64,000 bases of DNA from Phycisphaerae bacterium (lineage in GTDB: Bacteria > Planctomycetota > Phycisphaerae > UBA1845): NCBI GenBank assembly GCA_963666835.2, contig CAXXGO010000001.1, positions 1,344,001 through 1,408,000 on the forward strand, in the 5' to 3' direction. The position numbers and the translations under genes were made by a program. Every line of letters begins with the position of its first letter. Positions within the stretch are counted from its first letter, which is position 1. The notes beneath the pieces are model-generated. The model had not been told where the DNA came from, did not search any database, and was given only the letters and a program-made list of their open reading frames with translations. Of this stretch, positions 41,325 through 52,731 are shown in pieces.

Positions 41325-42389
41325 TCAAGCAACGCTTACGCGCCGCTGCCGAGTAAAGGCAATGGTCCCGGCCGTCAGGGCCACAAGAGTCATCGCCAGC
41401 ATTCCCCACTCCGAGACCGCGGGGACCGGGTCCGGCATCGCGGCCACGCGGAAGCCGGCGGCCTCCCATTCGTCGAGCGGATCCCGCGAGAACCGCGCGT
41501 TTGCGATCATGTAGTTGTCAAAGTCCACAAACGACGCCCCGCGCCGGCAGCGATTGGACCCCGTAACGATGTTCTCCTGCCACTCCTGGACGTTGCCGTT
41601 CTGGTCGTACAGGCCGTAAGGGCTGGTCGAGGGCTTGGCGGAGTATGCTCCCACGGCGGTCGTACCGTACGGCGGGCCCACAATACTGCCGCTGAGATCG
41701 TCGTACAACGCCGACCCGTTGACCATGTCGGTTCCGGGCGGTGCCTCACGTGTCGGTATCGTGTCACTCTGCGTAGCGTAATCCCAATACCCCGCGTCCG
41801 TTCCACCTCCTTTGTAGTACGCCGCTTTGTACCACTCGTCTTCCGTGGGCAGAAAGACGCGGGCGCCGGGCTTACGCACAACGCTCGCGCCAAGCGACAT
41901 GTCATACGCGCCGTCTTCGGTGGTGGACGCATCCTGTGCTCCGACGGGCTGCCCGTTGTGCATCCAGTTGGCGAAGCGTAACGTATCGTAGTAGCTCACC
42001 AGGTTGACCGGTCGGACCAGCCAGTTGGTATCTCCGTTCTTCGGCCCGTACACGTAAGGATCGCCCACCGTGCCCGAGCCGGTTCGGGCGATCCCGCCAA
42101 TCGGAATAGTGCCCATGTTCGTATTGTACAGGCCGTTCGGATCTCCCACCGCGGCAACCGCGTTAAGAAACGCGACGTACTGCCCGTTGGTTACCTCGTA
42201 CTTGCCGATCAAGTACTCGTAATCGACGGCGCCGCAGATGGCCTCGACGTAACCGACTCCGCTCAACTCGCCGGTGTTTCCCACATCGCCAACAGTGGCC
42301 CATTCCATGGTGATGTCGGCGTTTGCCGCCGGACCGACACCGATAGCCGAGAACACTCCTACGATCATCATGAACTTGCGGAACTGCAT
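41325..42389 (-). CDS. FGE-sulfatase/SUMF1 protein with IPTL-CTERM-like sorting tail
   Basis: IGKYEVTNGQY, LPTEDEWYKAA, YDQNGNVQEW, GFRV; VPAVSEWG + TM + RQRR tail. Confidence 0.9.
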   Translation of the reverse strand: MQFRKFMMIVGVFSAIGVGPAANADITMEWATVGDVGNTGELSGVGYVEAICGAVDYEYLIGKYEVTNGQYVAFLNAVAAVGDPNGLYNTNMGTIPIGGIARTGSGTVGDPYVYGPKNGDTNWLVRPVNLVSYYDTLRFANWMHNGQPVGAQDASTTEDGAYDMSLGASVVRKPGARVFLPTEDEWYKAAYYKGGGTDAGYWDYATQSDTIPTREAPPGTDMVNGSALYDDLSGSIVGPPYGTTAVGAYSAKPSTSPYGLYDQNGNVQEWQENIVTGSNRCRRGASFVDFDNYMIANARFSRDPLDEWEAAGFRVAAMPDPVPAVSEWGMLAMTLVALTAGTIAFTRQRRVSVA

Positions 42390-42782
42390 TTCCATTCTCC
42401 TTACCGGATGTGACACGCGCATCAGCGCGCGTTTCGTACCGCTGCGATGGTCCCATTTTGGCCGCACCGCACTCTTGGCGCAAGACGAACAATATGCGTC
42501 GAAGCGCGAAGCCCTCTTTGACGGAACCACCGCTCCCGAGCAATCCCCCTGCAGATTTGGTTTGAGACCATTCTAGCTAAACCACGGGCGGTTTGCAAGA
42601 ATATCTTGCAGTCGGCCAGCGAGTGCATGCACCTGATCGCCGGCCGCTACTGGGGTACGGTTCGACCATCGCGGCCGAAGGCGTTACGTTCTTGGCCAGG
42701 TGGAATCGCCGGTCCTGCCACGACGTGGCGAGGTTTCGTTGTTATCCTCGCGCGGCTGGCATAGCTTCCAAGGAGTGGTTGA

Positions 42783-43577
42783 ATGACGTCGAGATCGGAC
42801 AGGGATGAAGAACGGGCAAGAACCTGGCTGGGCGTGGTGATCGCGTCGACCTCAGTCGGCCTGTTGATCGCGGGCGGGTGCGTGGAGATTCTCGTACCGG
42901 ACCCGGCGGTTCGGTACGTTGCGTTCGGCGATTCGAGCACGACCGGGGACGCGGCCCGTGACTATCCGGAGATACTCGCGGAGCTGCTCGCGGTGGACTC
43001 CGCGGAGTTCGTCAACGCCGGCAAGAGCGGCGAGAACACCGAGGACGGGCTCGAACGTCTGCAGATGCTGTTTTCCAACGAGATATACCCGAACGCGGAG
43101 GTGCTGCTTTATTGGGAAGGCGGCAACGACGTGACCGACTTCATCAAGGACCACGATCGCCTCCTGCTCACCTCGCCCGACGACCCGGACTATCCGTTCG
43201 CTGACGCGTTGGAAGAGAAGCTGGACGAGACTCAGAGCAACATCGAATCCGCCGTCGCCGCGGCCCGGCAGCGAGGATTGGAAGTTCTGGTTGCCACGTA
43301 CTTCTTCATAAGAGAGGACCTGGGTCAATGCGAGGCTCTCCCTTTTGACGTCGTCCTGCCCTTCCAGGCCGAAGCCGCCAACGCCTATCTGAACCTACTT
43401 AACGAACGTGTAGCCGCCGCGGCCGCCGGCAGCGGAGCCCAGTTGGTGGACGTTGCTGCGTCCGACGAAGCCCTCCGCGCCGACGTCGAGAACTACCACG
43501 ACTGCAACCACCTTAGCGCGGCCGGCAACGCGATCGTCGCCCAGTTATTCGCCGACGCTCTGGCGGCCGACCGTTGA
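42783..43577 (+). CDS. SGNH/GDSL hydrolase, probable lipoprotein
   Basis: FGDSST block I, GGND block III, DCNH block V; IAGGC lipobox-like. Confidence 0.88.
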   Translation: MTSRSDRDEERARTWLGVVIASTSVGLLIAGGCVEILVPDPAVRYVAFGDSSTTGDAARDYPEILAELLAVDSAEFVNAGKSGENTEDGLERLQMLFSNEIYPNAEVLLYWEGGNDVTDFIKDHDRLLLTSPDDPDYPFADALEEKLDETQSNIESAVAAARQRGLEVLVATYFFIREDLGQCEALPFDVVLPFQAEAANAYLNLLNERVAAAAAGSGAQLVDVAASDEALRADVENYHDCNHLSAAGNAIVAQLFADALAADR

Positions 43578-43619
43578 GGGAACTGCGACCGACCCCGGCT
43601 TATCGGAGCCGCAGAACCT

Positions 43620-43650
43620 GGGTGGCATGGGCTAACTTGTTAGCCCGTGT
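43620..43650. repeat. GGTG-type REP-like hairpin
   Basis: GGGTGGCATGGGCTAACTTGTTAGCCCGTG. Confidence 0.5.
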
Positions 43651-44449
43651 TGTGACACGGTCGAGGCATTCCGGTGTGGCATGCGTCCCTGTTTGCCGTA
43701 GAGTACTCCCTTTCGCCGTGACGCCTGTCCAACAGGTTGTATTGGGTCCTCGCTGCGCCTCCCCTGACAGTGTCAGCGCGAATAGTACCGCTACGCACGG
43801 CGATTGCCTCGGCGAGTCGTAAAAACCGGGCAGCGCTGTCAGATCGACGTGCCCTGTGTCTATTTGAGGGTGAAGAGAAACTTGTTCCGGAGAGAGGGAA
43901 CGATAACGCCCGCTATGGTCCGAAGCGGTTCCGGCGGTGGATGTGATGGATTTCCGGCCACTCCAGCCCCGTTGGCCCCAGCGTAGCTGGAACCGCCAAG
44001 CACCGTAGCGGGCGTTTCTCTTTGGATGGGGGGGTGTTCTGCGATCGCGACACGTCGTGCTGTGGGAGTAATATTCCTGCTCCCGGGCTCCGATGTCGCC
44101 GCGCCAATCGGCGAGTAGCGGTATCGGGATCCTCCAGATTCGCCAAGCAGACCGAGACCCAACGCGCTGCAACTGTCTCATCAGGCGATTATCGACACTC
44201 CACGGTTCGCGGGGCTATTCTCACAATGTTTGCCCGGCATCATGTCTCGTTACGGCAACCGGCAAGCGGCGTCGGATGATACGGGGGGGTTGGTTGAGAT
44301 GGCGTGATCAGGTAAACTATGATGTGATAAACTCGTGAGCAGGGGTAGGCCGATCGGGGGACAGCACATCGATGGGCCGGGAACATCCCCAATGCGCGAG
44401 TGTTACCGGGTATCTCGACACCATCAACGCGTCACGGAGGGAATGATCG

Positions 44450-46765
44450 ATGCGCATCGTCACAATCATCGCCGTCGTCGGAGTTCTGGCTCTTGCCGTA
44501 CCAGCATCGCGGGCAGAGTTGGCCACGCCTGAGGAGATGAAGCTGGTTTGCCAGGAGTGGCTGACGTATATGGTCCACCAGCAGGGTACCTGGGCAGGTT
44601 CCGCGGAGCCGAAGATCGTGAATGTGCAGGAGCTTACCGTGGGCGACACGGTAGCGGCTCACTGCTTCACTATTGCCCCGGACGGATACGTGGTGGTCCC
44701 GATACTCAAAGAGCTGCCGCCGATAAAAGCCTACTCTGAAGAGGGCACGCTCGACCCGAACGACTCTGAAGGACTGCCCCAGCTTCTGCGGGAAGTGTTC
44801 GAACATCGCTTAGGCCTGTTCGTCGCAAGGTATGGCAGCCTGGAGGCCGAGCAGCCGCGCGCCGGCGATGTGTTGTTCGACCGCGTCAACCGCAACGAGT
44901 GGGACAGGTTCCTGGTCGAGCCCGCCCAGTTCAAGGCCGAATTGGAACAGGGCCGGATCGCTCGGCTGGCTGAGGTGGGCCCCTTACTGACCAGCGCATG
45001 GCACCAGGGCACCCCATACAACCTCCACTGTCCGATCGGATTCTACGGGTACAACACGGTTGTGGGTTGTGTGGCGACGGCTATCGCCCAACTGATGAAA
45101 TACCACGAGTGGCCGCCGAGCGGAGTGGGCAGTCACAGCTACTACTGGTTCGGGGATGACTCGTGTGGAGACCCGACGTACGGCTCGGAGCTCTCGGCGA
45201 GCTTCTCGGACTCCTACGACTGGGCGAACATGCCGGACCTGATCGTACGCAATGCTGCTGACGACGGGTGGATGGATGAGAACGAAGATCCGGTGGGCAG
45301 CACCGAGATGCAGGCCGTGGCCGAGTTGTGCTACGAGGTCGGCGTGGCCCACGAAATGGACTATGGCGTGTGTTCGTCCGGTGCCTACACGGAGTACGCC
45401 CTGTCGGTCTTGCCGCGGTACTTTCGGTACGCCCCCACGATGGAGCTGATGCTGCGGGACGATTTCACCGCTGCGGAGTGGTTCAGCCTGATCCAGGCGG
45501 AAATCGACATGGGGCGGCCGATGATCTACACGATCACCGGTCATGCGATTGTGTGCGACGGCTGGCGCGATACGGGCGGCGAGAACCAGTTCCACATCAA
45601 CTACGGGTGGGGCGGAGAGGGAACCGCGTGGTATGCCGTGGACAACGTGTACTGTCCCTGGGGTGACTGCGATTCGATGGACGAGGATCTGATCCGCAAC
45701 ATCGAACCGTTGCCTCCGGCGGATTGTAACGGCAATAACGTGTTGGATTACCTGGACATTGATGCCGGCACCAGCGCCGACTGTAATGGGAATGCCGTCC
45801 CCGATGAATGCGACATCGACGCCGGGACCAGCGACGATTGCCAGCCGGACGGGGTGCCGGATGAGTGCCAGTTGCGCGGGGTGGTTCCCGGTTCGGACGA
45901 CGGATCCTGCACACCCACGGCCACCGCGGGAGCCCCGTGGTGTGATGATTTTGAAAGCTACTCGTCCGGTTCCATCCAAGGGTTGAACGGCTGGCAGGGC
46001 TGGGGAGCCGGGGCGGGCGATCCGGCGGCGGCCGGTGATGTGACGACGGAGGAAAACCATACTCTTGGTGGGGCGAAATCCCTCAAGATTGCGGATCACG
46101 ATACGGTTCACGTCTTCGATGGTTATGGCTCCTCTGTATCGCATCATTGGATCTTCCGCGTGCAGACTATGATCCCCGCGAACATGACCGGCTCGGCTCA
46201 CGTGATTGCCATGCCCGACTACGACGGCGGGGGAGCGGGGTCCAGTTGGTCCAGTCAGATCGAATTGAACACTGAGGCCGGCCGAGTCTCCTGCCGGGAC
46301 GTCTTTTCATCCTTGCCGCTCGTAACGGACGAATGGGCGGAGATTCGCCTGGAGATAGATCTCGAGCACGATGAAGTTACCATCTTCTATGATGACGAGT
46401 TGCTTGGGGCCCACCAGTGGAACATCCGCGGCGGATCCGCGAGTATCGGGGCGATCGATCTATGGGGTCCGGGGTCGAACGGGGCGTTCTTTGACGATGT
46501 TTCGCTGCTCCCGGCCTCAGGCGTCGACTGCAACACTAACGGACTACCCGACGATTGTGACTTGGGCGACTATGACGGCGACGGGGACCTGACCCTTTCC
46601 GACTTCGCCGGCTTGGCCGATTGCCTTACTGATCCGTGTCCCGACCCGGTGTGCGATCCGCCGCGGTACGCGGATTCGTGCTGCGTAATCGCGGACATCG
46701 ACCACGACGGCGATCATGATCTGGCGGACTTGGCGGTGTTCTTCGCGGACGTGTCCGTCGATTAA
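44450..46765 (+). CDS. C10-family (streptopain-like) cysteine peptidase with propeptide and dockerin-like tail
   Basis: WHQGTPYN, VGCVATAIAQLMKYHEWP, GHAIVCDG, FHINYGWGG; DCNGN repeats; DGDHDLADL. Confidence 0.93.
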   Translation: MRIVTIIAVVGVLALAVPASRAELATPEEMKLVCQEWLTYMVHQQGTWAGSAEPKIVNVQELTVGDTVAAHCFTIAPDGYVVVPILKELPPIKAYSEEGTLDPNDSEGLPQLLREVFEHRLGLFVARYGSLEAEQPRAGDVLFDRVNRNEWDRFLVEPAQFKAELEQGRIARLAEVGPLLTSAWHQGTPYNLHCPIGFYGYNTVVGCVATAIAQLMKYHEWPPSGVGSHSYYWFGDDSCGDPTYGSELSASFSDSYDWANMPDLIVRNAADDGWMDENEDPVGSTEMQAVAELCYEVGVAHEMDYGVCSSGAYTEYALSVLPRYFRYAPTMELMLRDDFTAAEWFSLIQAEIDMGRPMIYTITGHAIVCDGWRDTGGENQFHINYGWGGEGTAWYAVDNVYCPWGDCDSMDEDLIRNIEPLPPADCNGNNVLDYLDIDAGTSADCNGNAVPDECDIDAGTSDDCQPDGVPDECQLRGVVPGSDDGSCTPTATAGAPWCDDFESYSSGSIQGLNGWQGWGAGAGDPAAAGDVTTEENHTLGGAKSLKIADHDTVHVFDGYGSSVSHHWIFRVQTMIPANMTGSAHVIAMPDYDGGGAGSSWSSQIELNTEAGRVSCRDVFSSLPLVTDEWAEIRLEIDLEHDEVTIFYDDELLGAHQWNIRGGSASIGAIDLWGPGSNGAFFDDVSLLPASGVDCNTNGLPDDCDLGDYDGDGDLTLSDFAGLADCLTDPCPDPVCDPPRYADSCCVIADIDHDGDHDLADLAVFFADVSVD

Positions 46766-46800
46766 CACCGCGGCGTTCCGCGGGTGCTTCGCTTGTTTCT

Positions 46801-47025
46801 GCCGGGTGGCCCGGGTCCTTTTGGGCTTCGCGCGTGCTCCGGTCCATTGAGGATTCTCGGAGCAAAGCGCAACCGACCCGGGGGAGGCGATGATCGGCGT
46901 GCGTTCTCAAGAGCGTCGTGGCGGTGGCATCTCCCGAGTTAGGTACGGCCGAGAAACGAGACGTGCACAAAGGGCGCAAGTTACGGGAAGACGACGGCAG
47001 GTCTCGTGCCTCGACCGTGCCGTAC
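46801..47025. repeat. Diverged copy of the 184-bp intergenic unit
   Basis: Shares GCCGGGTGGCCC..GTCCTTTTG, GGGGGAG.CGATGATC and GGCAGGTCTCGT.CCTCGACCGTGCC.TAC with 52732-53099. Confidence 0.75.
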
Positions 47026-47150
47026 CTTTTGATCGCCGGCGTCTCTTACGACGTAATCCGCTATAAGGGCGCAGGTTGAGCGAAAACGGCTCTTGAGTAA
47101 GATCTGGCGATGATCGGGCTCGATCCGACCGGGTTTTGCGCAGACTGCCA

Positions 47151-48314
47151 ATGGACATAGATAGTCGAAGCACGATTCGCGTTACGTGCGCTCCCGGTCT
47201 TACCGAGATTCTGAAGACTGAAATCGAGGAGTTGGGCTACCGCGTCAAGACGAGCGACCGCACCGGCGTCGAGATCTGGGGCAGTCGGCGTGATGCCATG
47301 CGGCTCAACCTGCACTTGCGCACCGCCTTCCATGTCCTTTACCTGTTCAAGGAGTTCAAGAGCAAAACCCCGGACAAGCTGTATCGTCGAGTTGTCGCAC
47401 ATCCGTGGGAGGAGATGATTAGCCCCGACGGATACGTGAGCGTCATGTCTCGCGTCGACACTCCGGCGATCGACAACTCCACGTTCGCCAGTCTGAAGGT
47501 CAAGGATGCGATTGTTGATCGCATTCAGGAGAAGTGTGGTCGCCGTCCGGACGCCGGGCCGAGGCGCGATCGCTTCGTGGTCAATCTCCACTGGGTCAAG
47601 GATCTGTGCAGGCTCTACCTCAACACCTCCGGAGTGAAGCTAGCCAATCGCGGTTATCGCCGTCTGCCGCACGCCGCCCCGATGCAGGAGACGCTGGCCG
47701 CGGGAGTTGTGCTGACCACCGGTTACGACGGTACTCGGTCTTTTGTGAATCCGATGTGTGGTAGCGGGACTCTGGCAATCGAAGCGGCGCTGATAGCCTC
47801 GCGGCGTCCTCCCGGTTTGCTGCGGGGCAACTTCGGGTTCATGCACGAACTCGGATTCGATGACGACGCCTGGCAAGCTCTGCGGGGTGAGGCTCGGGCG
47901 TTGCGGGCTAAGGCCGCGCCGGCTCCCATCGTTGCGTCGGATGTTGATGAAAGGGCGATAGAGGCGGCTCGCAAGAACGCGGAGACGGCCGGCGTACACC
48001 ATCTGATTGACTTTCGCGCGTGCGATTTCGCAGACACGCCGATCCCGGAGGAGAAGGGTGTCGTCGTATTCAACCCGGCTTACGGTGAACGAATGGGCGA
48101 GGTCCGTGAGCTCGAGGAGACCTACGGGCGAATCGGCGACTTCCTCAAACAGAAGTGTGCCGGTTGCACCGGTTATGTATTCACCGGCAACCCGGAGTTG
48201 GCCAAGAAAGTAGGCCTTCGCGCCGAACGGCGTACTCCGTTCTTCAACGCTCGCATTGAGTGTCGACTTCTCAGGTACGATCTATACGAGGGGACTCGTA
48301 AGAACCGTTCCTGA
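47151..48314 (+). CDS. THUMP-domain SAM-dependent RNA methyltransferase (RlmL-like)
   Basis: TCAPGL, LKVKDAIVD, RGYR..APMQETLAA, NPMCGSGTLAIEAA, NPAYGER. Confidence 0.92.
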   Translation: MDIDSRSTIRVTCAPGLTEILKTEIEELGYRVKTSDRTGVEIWGSRRDAMRLNLHLRTAFHVLYLFKEFKSKTPDKLYRRVVAHPWEEMISPDGYVSVMSRVDTPAIDNSTFASLKVKDAIVDRIQEKCGRRPDAGPRRDRFVVNLHWVKDLCRLYLNTSGVKLANRGYRRLPHAAPMQETLAAGVVLTTGYDGTRSFVNPMCGSGTLAIEAALIASRRPPGLLRGNFGFMHELGFDDDAWQALRGEARALRAKAAPAPIVASDVDERAIEAARKNAETAGVHHLIDFRACDFADTPIPEEKGVVVFNPAYGERMGEVRELEETYGRIGDFLKQKCAGCTGYVFTGNPELAKKVGLRAERRTPFFNARIECRLLRYDLYEGTRKNRS

Positions 48315-48429
48315 GGGGGACGACGGTTGCCGGAGGGAGTGCCGGACCAGGCCGTAACTGCGGGTGGGAGAACCCTAGAAGAGGCCACGCTCACTCCGCT
48401 GATCTCGCGGTTTCCTTTACGCAACACGC

Positions 48430-48457
48430 TAACCCGGAAGCTGGTGCCCGCCGATAG
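48430..48457 (+). promoter_or_regulatory. Putative sigma28 promoter of cheV
   Basis: TAAC-N16-GCCGATAG upstream of a chemotaxis gene. Confidence 0.5.
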
Positions 48458-48510
48458 AGTGTTGGTATTCATCTGCGCAATTGCTATCGATCCGCGACAG
48501 GAGAACGATT

Positions 48511-49479
48511 GTGAGTCAACCTGAGCAGAACCAAGGTGTCCTGCTGGATGCCGGTACGAATGAACTGGAGATACTCGTCTTCGCCTCGGGGGCAACACGT
48601 TATGGGGTGAACGTCGCCAAGGTCCGCGAGGTTATCGGGCAGGTCAAGCTTGTGAGTGTTCCGATGACCCACGTTGCGGTCGTGGGCGTGTTCCGGCTAC
48701 GTGAGTCGGTCATCCCGCTCGTCGATCTGCAGCTCTACTTCGATCCGGCGAACCCCTCTGAGGCCGGCCAGCGCAATGTCATCCTGATGGAGTTCAACGA
48801 CCGCCTGATCGGGTTCCTGGTGGATAAGGTCGACCGAATCTACCGCATGGGTTGGGGTGACGTACGCCCGATGCCCACAACCGAGGAACAGGTCAATCCG
48901 GTGGTAACCTCCGTCTGTCAGATAGACGGCAGCCTGGTTCTGATGGTTGACTTCGAGAAGATCGCCTTCGATATCAGCGGCGACAGCGACGTGTTCCGCG
49001 AGGTCCAGACGACTACGATAGCTGCCGGAACCGAGCGGGAGAACCGAAACGTCCTGTTGGCGGAGGACTCTGCGACAATCCGCAAAGCGATTGAGTCCAA
49101 TCTCCGGCAGTCCGGGTACAATCAGATCACGGCCGTGGGCGACGGAGCTGAAGCGTGGTCGGTTCTGGAGGCGTCGGTAGCGGGCGAGACTCCCACGCCG
49201 TTCACGGTGTTGGTTACGGACATCGAAATGCCTCGGATGGACGGGCTGCACCTGTGCAAACGAGTGAAAGAACATCGGAACCTGAAGCATCTTCCGGTCG
49301 TGGTGTTCAGCTCTCTCGTCAGCGATACGAACCTCAAGAAATGTGAGGCGGTGGGCGCAAACGCTGCCCTTACGAAACCGCAGATGGTCAAGCTGGTCGA
49401 TCTGCTGGATGAACTGCTTTCTGCGGATCGCTCAACCGCGCCCGGCGGCAAGGCAGAGCCGGTTCTCGCTTTGTCTTAG
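48511..49479 (+). CDS. cheV: Chemotaxis protein CheV (CheW + receiver)
   Basis: GTNELEIL..YGVNVAKVREVI CheW domain; LAEDS...TDIEMPRMDG receiver; GTG start after AGGAG. Confidence 0.93.
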   Translation: MSQPEQNQGVLLDAGTNELEILVFASGATRYGVNVAKVREVIGQVKLVSVPMTHVAVVGVFRLRESVIPLVDLQLYFDPANPSEAGQRNVILMEFNDRLIGFLVDKVDRIYRMGWGDVRPMPTTEEQVNPVVTSVCQIDGSLVLMVDFEKIAFDISGDSDVFREVQTTTIAAGTERENRNVLLAEDSATIRKAIESNLRQSGYNQITAVGDGAEAWSVLEASVAGETPTPFTVLVTDIEMPRMDGLHLCKRVKEHRNLKHLPVVVFSSLVSDTNLKKCEAVGANAALTKPQMVKLVDLLDELLSADRSTAPGGKAEPVLALS

Positions 49480-49681
49480 CCCTTAAACAGGGTGCGGATG
49501 ACTCGTCGAAGTCATCCTCTGAGCTTGCAGGTGGGGATCGGCGTGGAGCCGATCCCCTTTTTCAGTGAACCGCAATAGTGCTTTGCTGCGCGTGAAGCTC
49601 CGGGTCCAATCCACACCGTCTCGTGTTCCTGCGCTGCTCAAAAGCAGTGGCACAGTCGAAGAACCTACGGGCGACCCATCG

Positions 49682-50191
49682 CTAGATTGTGAACTCCCAA
49701 GCGCAGATACATCCGGTATTCTCGGTGTCATCTGGTGGGCACTGTAGGCATCGCGTCTTGATTCGCTCGTCAATCGTCTCGGCGAATTTCGAGTACTCTA
49801 CGATTCCTACCGGCTTGCAGGGGAAGTCGGCCAGCCCCTTGCGTTTCCTGGCGCTTTGGACCCGGCACTCGGTCATCTTGTATATCAGGCGGTCTTCGCT
49901 GGGGCGCTCGATAGACTGAGGATTGACCGTTGCGTACAGACGATATTTGAACGCTTGCGCCAAGGAGTCGAGCCCGCCCCCTTGGGGGATGTTGAAGGCC
50001 TTCATGATTCGTTTCGCCTCCGCCGGCGAAAACCGCTCCCACGATTTCGTGTCAAGCTCCATGGCCACGTCGAGCCCGTACTTCTCCTCAGCGGCTAAGA
50101 ACCAACAGCCGTCGTGAGCCAGCCAGCTCTTGGCGTGCGCGTCGACCAGCGTCAGCAGCTCCTCGCGGGACATTTCGGACAGATGCTCCAT
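49682..50191 (-). CDS. DUF6125-like protein
   Basis: WLAHDGCWFLAAEEKYG, CRVQSARKRKG..FPC, CPPD...CAWEF. Confidence 0.75.
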   Translation of the reverse strand: MEHLSEMSREELLTLVDAHAKSWLAHDGCWFLAAEEKYGLDVAMELDTKSWERFSPAEAKRIMKAFNIPQGGGLDSLAQAFKYRLYATVNPQSIERPSEDRLIYKMTECRVQSARKRKGLADFPCKPVGIVEYSKFAETIDERIKTRCLQCPPDDTENTGCICAWEFTI

Positions 50192-50647
50192 TGCCTTCCT
50201 TTCTTCGTCAGTGTTTCAGATGCGGTGGTTCCGACTCTGCGGGTGGCTTGCCCGGAAGGTGCGATGCCGCTATCGGCTTGACACTTCGAGGGTACTCCGC
50301 GTTCACCGTCTAAGCCGGGTTATCATAATCGCGAACAGGGCGGGTTGGCTACCCGTTCCGTGCCGCGCGGTTGATCCTCACTTGCCGGACACGGCTGACG
50401 CCCTCTGCGGTCAAGCGAGGGCGTCTTACGCTCCGCACGGGTCCCTTCACAGATAGCGAGTTGCGGCGAGGAGCATCCAAAGCTAAAGTCATGGCGTTCA
50501 GGTGAGGGCGGGGCCGGCCGGTCTCACCAGCCACAGCCAAGCGGGCTTGCGCGTTCGTCGGGTTGCGATTCGATTCGCCCGCGAGAGGCGACGGACGGCA
50601 CTTGGGCCCTCGCCGGTTTTCTCATGACCGAAGGGAGCTGACGCATC

Positions 50648-52720
50648 ATGACGGCGGTTACGTTTCTCGGGTTTGGTCTTCTGTTGATTCTGCTCGTGCA
50701 TCGGTGTGCCGACACGAAGCGACGGCGCACAAGCCGATCGCACCCCTTCTCCGTGCATGATCTCTGGGCCATGGAACGGGTCAGCGATCCACAGGTTTCG
50801 CCGGACGGCAGGTTGATTGTGTTCGAGAAGAAGACCTTCGATATCGAAGAGAACAAGGGGCGTTCCGACCTGTGGCTGGTACGCCCGGATGGCGGTGGGT
50901 TACGTCGCCTCACCTCGCACCCGTCCGGCAGCGCGAGTCCACGCTGGGCGGCCGATGGCGAGACGATCTGGTTTCTCTCAGCGCGCACGGAGAAGATGCA
51001 GGTATGGCGAATATGTGTCGATGGGGGAGAGGCCGAGCAGGTGACGGATCTTCCCCTGGATGTGGCGAATCTTGTTTGCGCTCCCGATGGGCGCTATATC
51101 GCCTTCACGATGGACGTCTACTCCGGGTGTAGTCCGGAGGAAACAAAACAACGTTCGGATGAAGCGGAAGAGTCGAAGGCGACCGGAAAGGTCTTCGAAC
51201 GGTTGTTCATTCGTCATTGGGATACGTGGAAGGATGGGCGTCGGTCGCACGTTTTTGTCTATGCCGTGGATGGTGGTGACGTGATCGATGTGATGAAGAA
51301 CATGGACGCCGATGCGCCCGCGAAGCCCTTTGGCGGGTCTGAGGAGATCACGTTTACTCCAGACGGGCAGTTTGTAGTTTTCTCGGCCCGCAACGTCGGC
51401 AGGCAGGAATCGTGGTCCACGCAGTTCGATCTGTTCCGCGCGCCGGTGGACGGGCTGGGCGCTCCGCATTTAATCACGGAGGGTAACGAGGCCTGGATCT
51501 CGCATCCGGTGTTCTCGCCGGACGGGCAGACGCTGGCTTTTCTCGCTATGGATCGGCCCGGCTACGAATCCGACCGCTGGCGGATAGTGTTGATGCCGTG
51601 GCAAGGCGGTGCCACTCGGGTTCTAACGGAGAAGTGGGATCACTCGCCCGCAACGATCGTGTGGTCCGCAGACGGCGAGACCATCTACACGATTGCGGAG
51701 AACCTCGGCCAACGCCCGCTTTTTGCGGTCGATGTAGCCAGCGGCCATATAAGCACGGTTGTCCATCACGGCCGGCTGCACTCTCCGGTAGTCGCCGGTG
51801 GGCGAACAGTGTACGGAAGTTGTGACCACCGCAGCCCGGTCGAGTTGTTCAGCGTCAATCCGGACGGAACGGATGTTCGCCGGATTACTAACGTGAATGC
51901 CGCACGCTTGTCTCAAGTGCGTATGGGCGAGTCCGAACAATTCTCCTTTGCCGGTTGGAATGACGAACGCGTATATGCGTATGTCGTCAAGCCGGTCGAT
52001 TTTGACTCGGCGGAGAAGTACCCGGTGGCCTTCTTGATCCACGGCGGGCCGCAGGGCTCTTTCGGCAACGACTTCCATTACCGGTGGAACCCCCAGGTGT
52101 ACGCCGGGGCCGGTTACGCCGTAATCATGGTTGACTTCCACGGTTCCACCGGATACGGCCAGGCGTTTACGGACTCGATTGGCGACGATTGGGGCGGCAA
52201 GCCGTTCGAGGATCTTCAGAAAGGTCTTGACGCGGCGCTTAATCGCTATGCCTGGATGGACGGTGAACGGGTGGCCGCTCTCGGGGCGTCGTTCGGGGGT
52301 TACATGGTCAACTGGATTGCGGGCAACTGGCCGGATCGGTTCCGCTGCCTGGTCAACCACGACGGAAACCTCTGCGAGCGGATAGCCTATTACGACACCG
52401 AAGAGCTATGGTTCCCCGAATGGGAGCGCCGTGGAACTCCGTGGGATAAGCCCCAGGCTTACGAAAAACACAACCCGATCAACCACGTCGGGAACTGGAA
52501 GACGCCCATGCTCGTCATTCATGGTGGGCGCGATTACCGCGTAGTCGACACCCAAGGGATCTCGACCTTTACGGCTCTTCAACGCCGGGGGATCCCCAGT
52601 AAGTTGCTTTATTTCCCTGACGAGAACCACTGGGTTCTCAAGCCGGCAAACAGCATTCAGTGGCACGACACTGTCATTGCCTGGCTCGATCAGTGGACGA
52701 AGGGTTCGGCCAAGACGTAA
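50648..52720 (+). CDS. S9-family (acylaminoacyl/dipeptidyl) peptidase
   Basis: PD40-type propeller, IHGGPQG, GASFGG, DYRV, DENH. Confidence 0.95.
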   Translation: MTAVTFLGFGLLLILLVHRCADTKRRRTSRSHPFSVHDLWAMERVSDPQVSPDGRLIVFEKKTFDIEENKGRSDLWLVRPDGGGLRRLTSHPSGSASPRWAADGETIWFLSARTEKMQVWRICVDGGEAEQVTDLPLDVANLVCAPDGRYIAFTMDVYSGCSPEETKQRSDEAEESKATGKVFERLFIRHWDTWKDGRRSHVFVYAVDGGDVIDVMKNMDADAPAKPFGGSEEITFTPDGQFVVFSARNVGRQESWSTQFDLFRAPVDGLGAPHLITEGNEAWISHPVFSPDGQTLAFLAMDRPGYESDRWRIVLMPWQGGATRVLTEKWDHSPATIVWSADGETIYTIAENLGQRPLFAVDVASGHISTVVHHGRLHSPVVAGGRTVYGSCDHRSPVELFSVNPDGTDVRRITNVNAARLSQVRMGESEQFSFAGWNDERVYAYVVKPVDFDSAEKYPVAFLIHGGPQGSFGNDFHYRWNPQVYAGAGYAVIMVDFHGSTGYGQAFTDSIGDDWGGKPFEDLQKGLDAALNRYAWMDGERVAALGASFGGYMVNWIAGNWPDRFRCLVNHDGNLCERIAYYDTEELWFPEWERRGTPWDKPQAYEKHNPINHVGNWKTPMLVIHGGRDYRVVDTQGISTFTALQRRGIPSKLLYFPDENHWVLKPANSIQWHDTVIAWLDQWTKGSAKT

Positions 52721-52731
52721 TAAGACCGCCG

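Noticed and set aside
43600..44400. ORFs in the SGNH-C10 peptidase intergenic region
   Set aside because: No recognisable domain or SD; possibly decayed sequence
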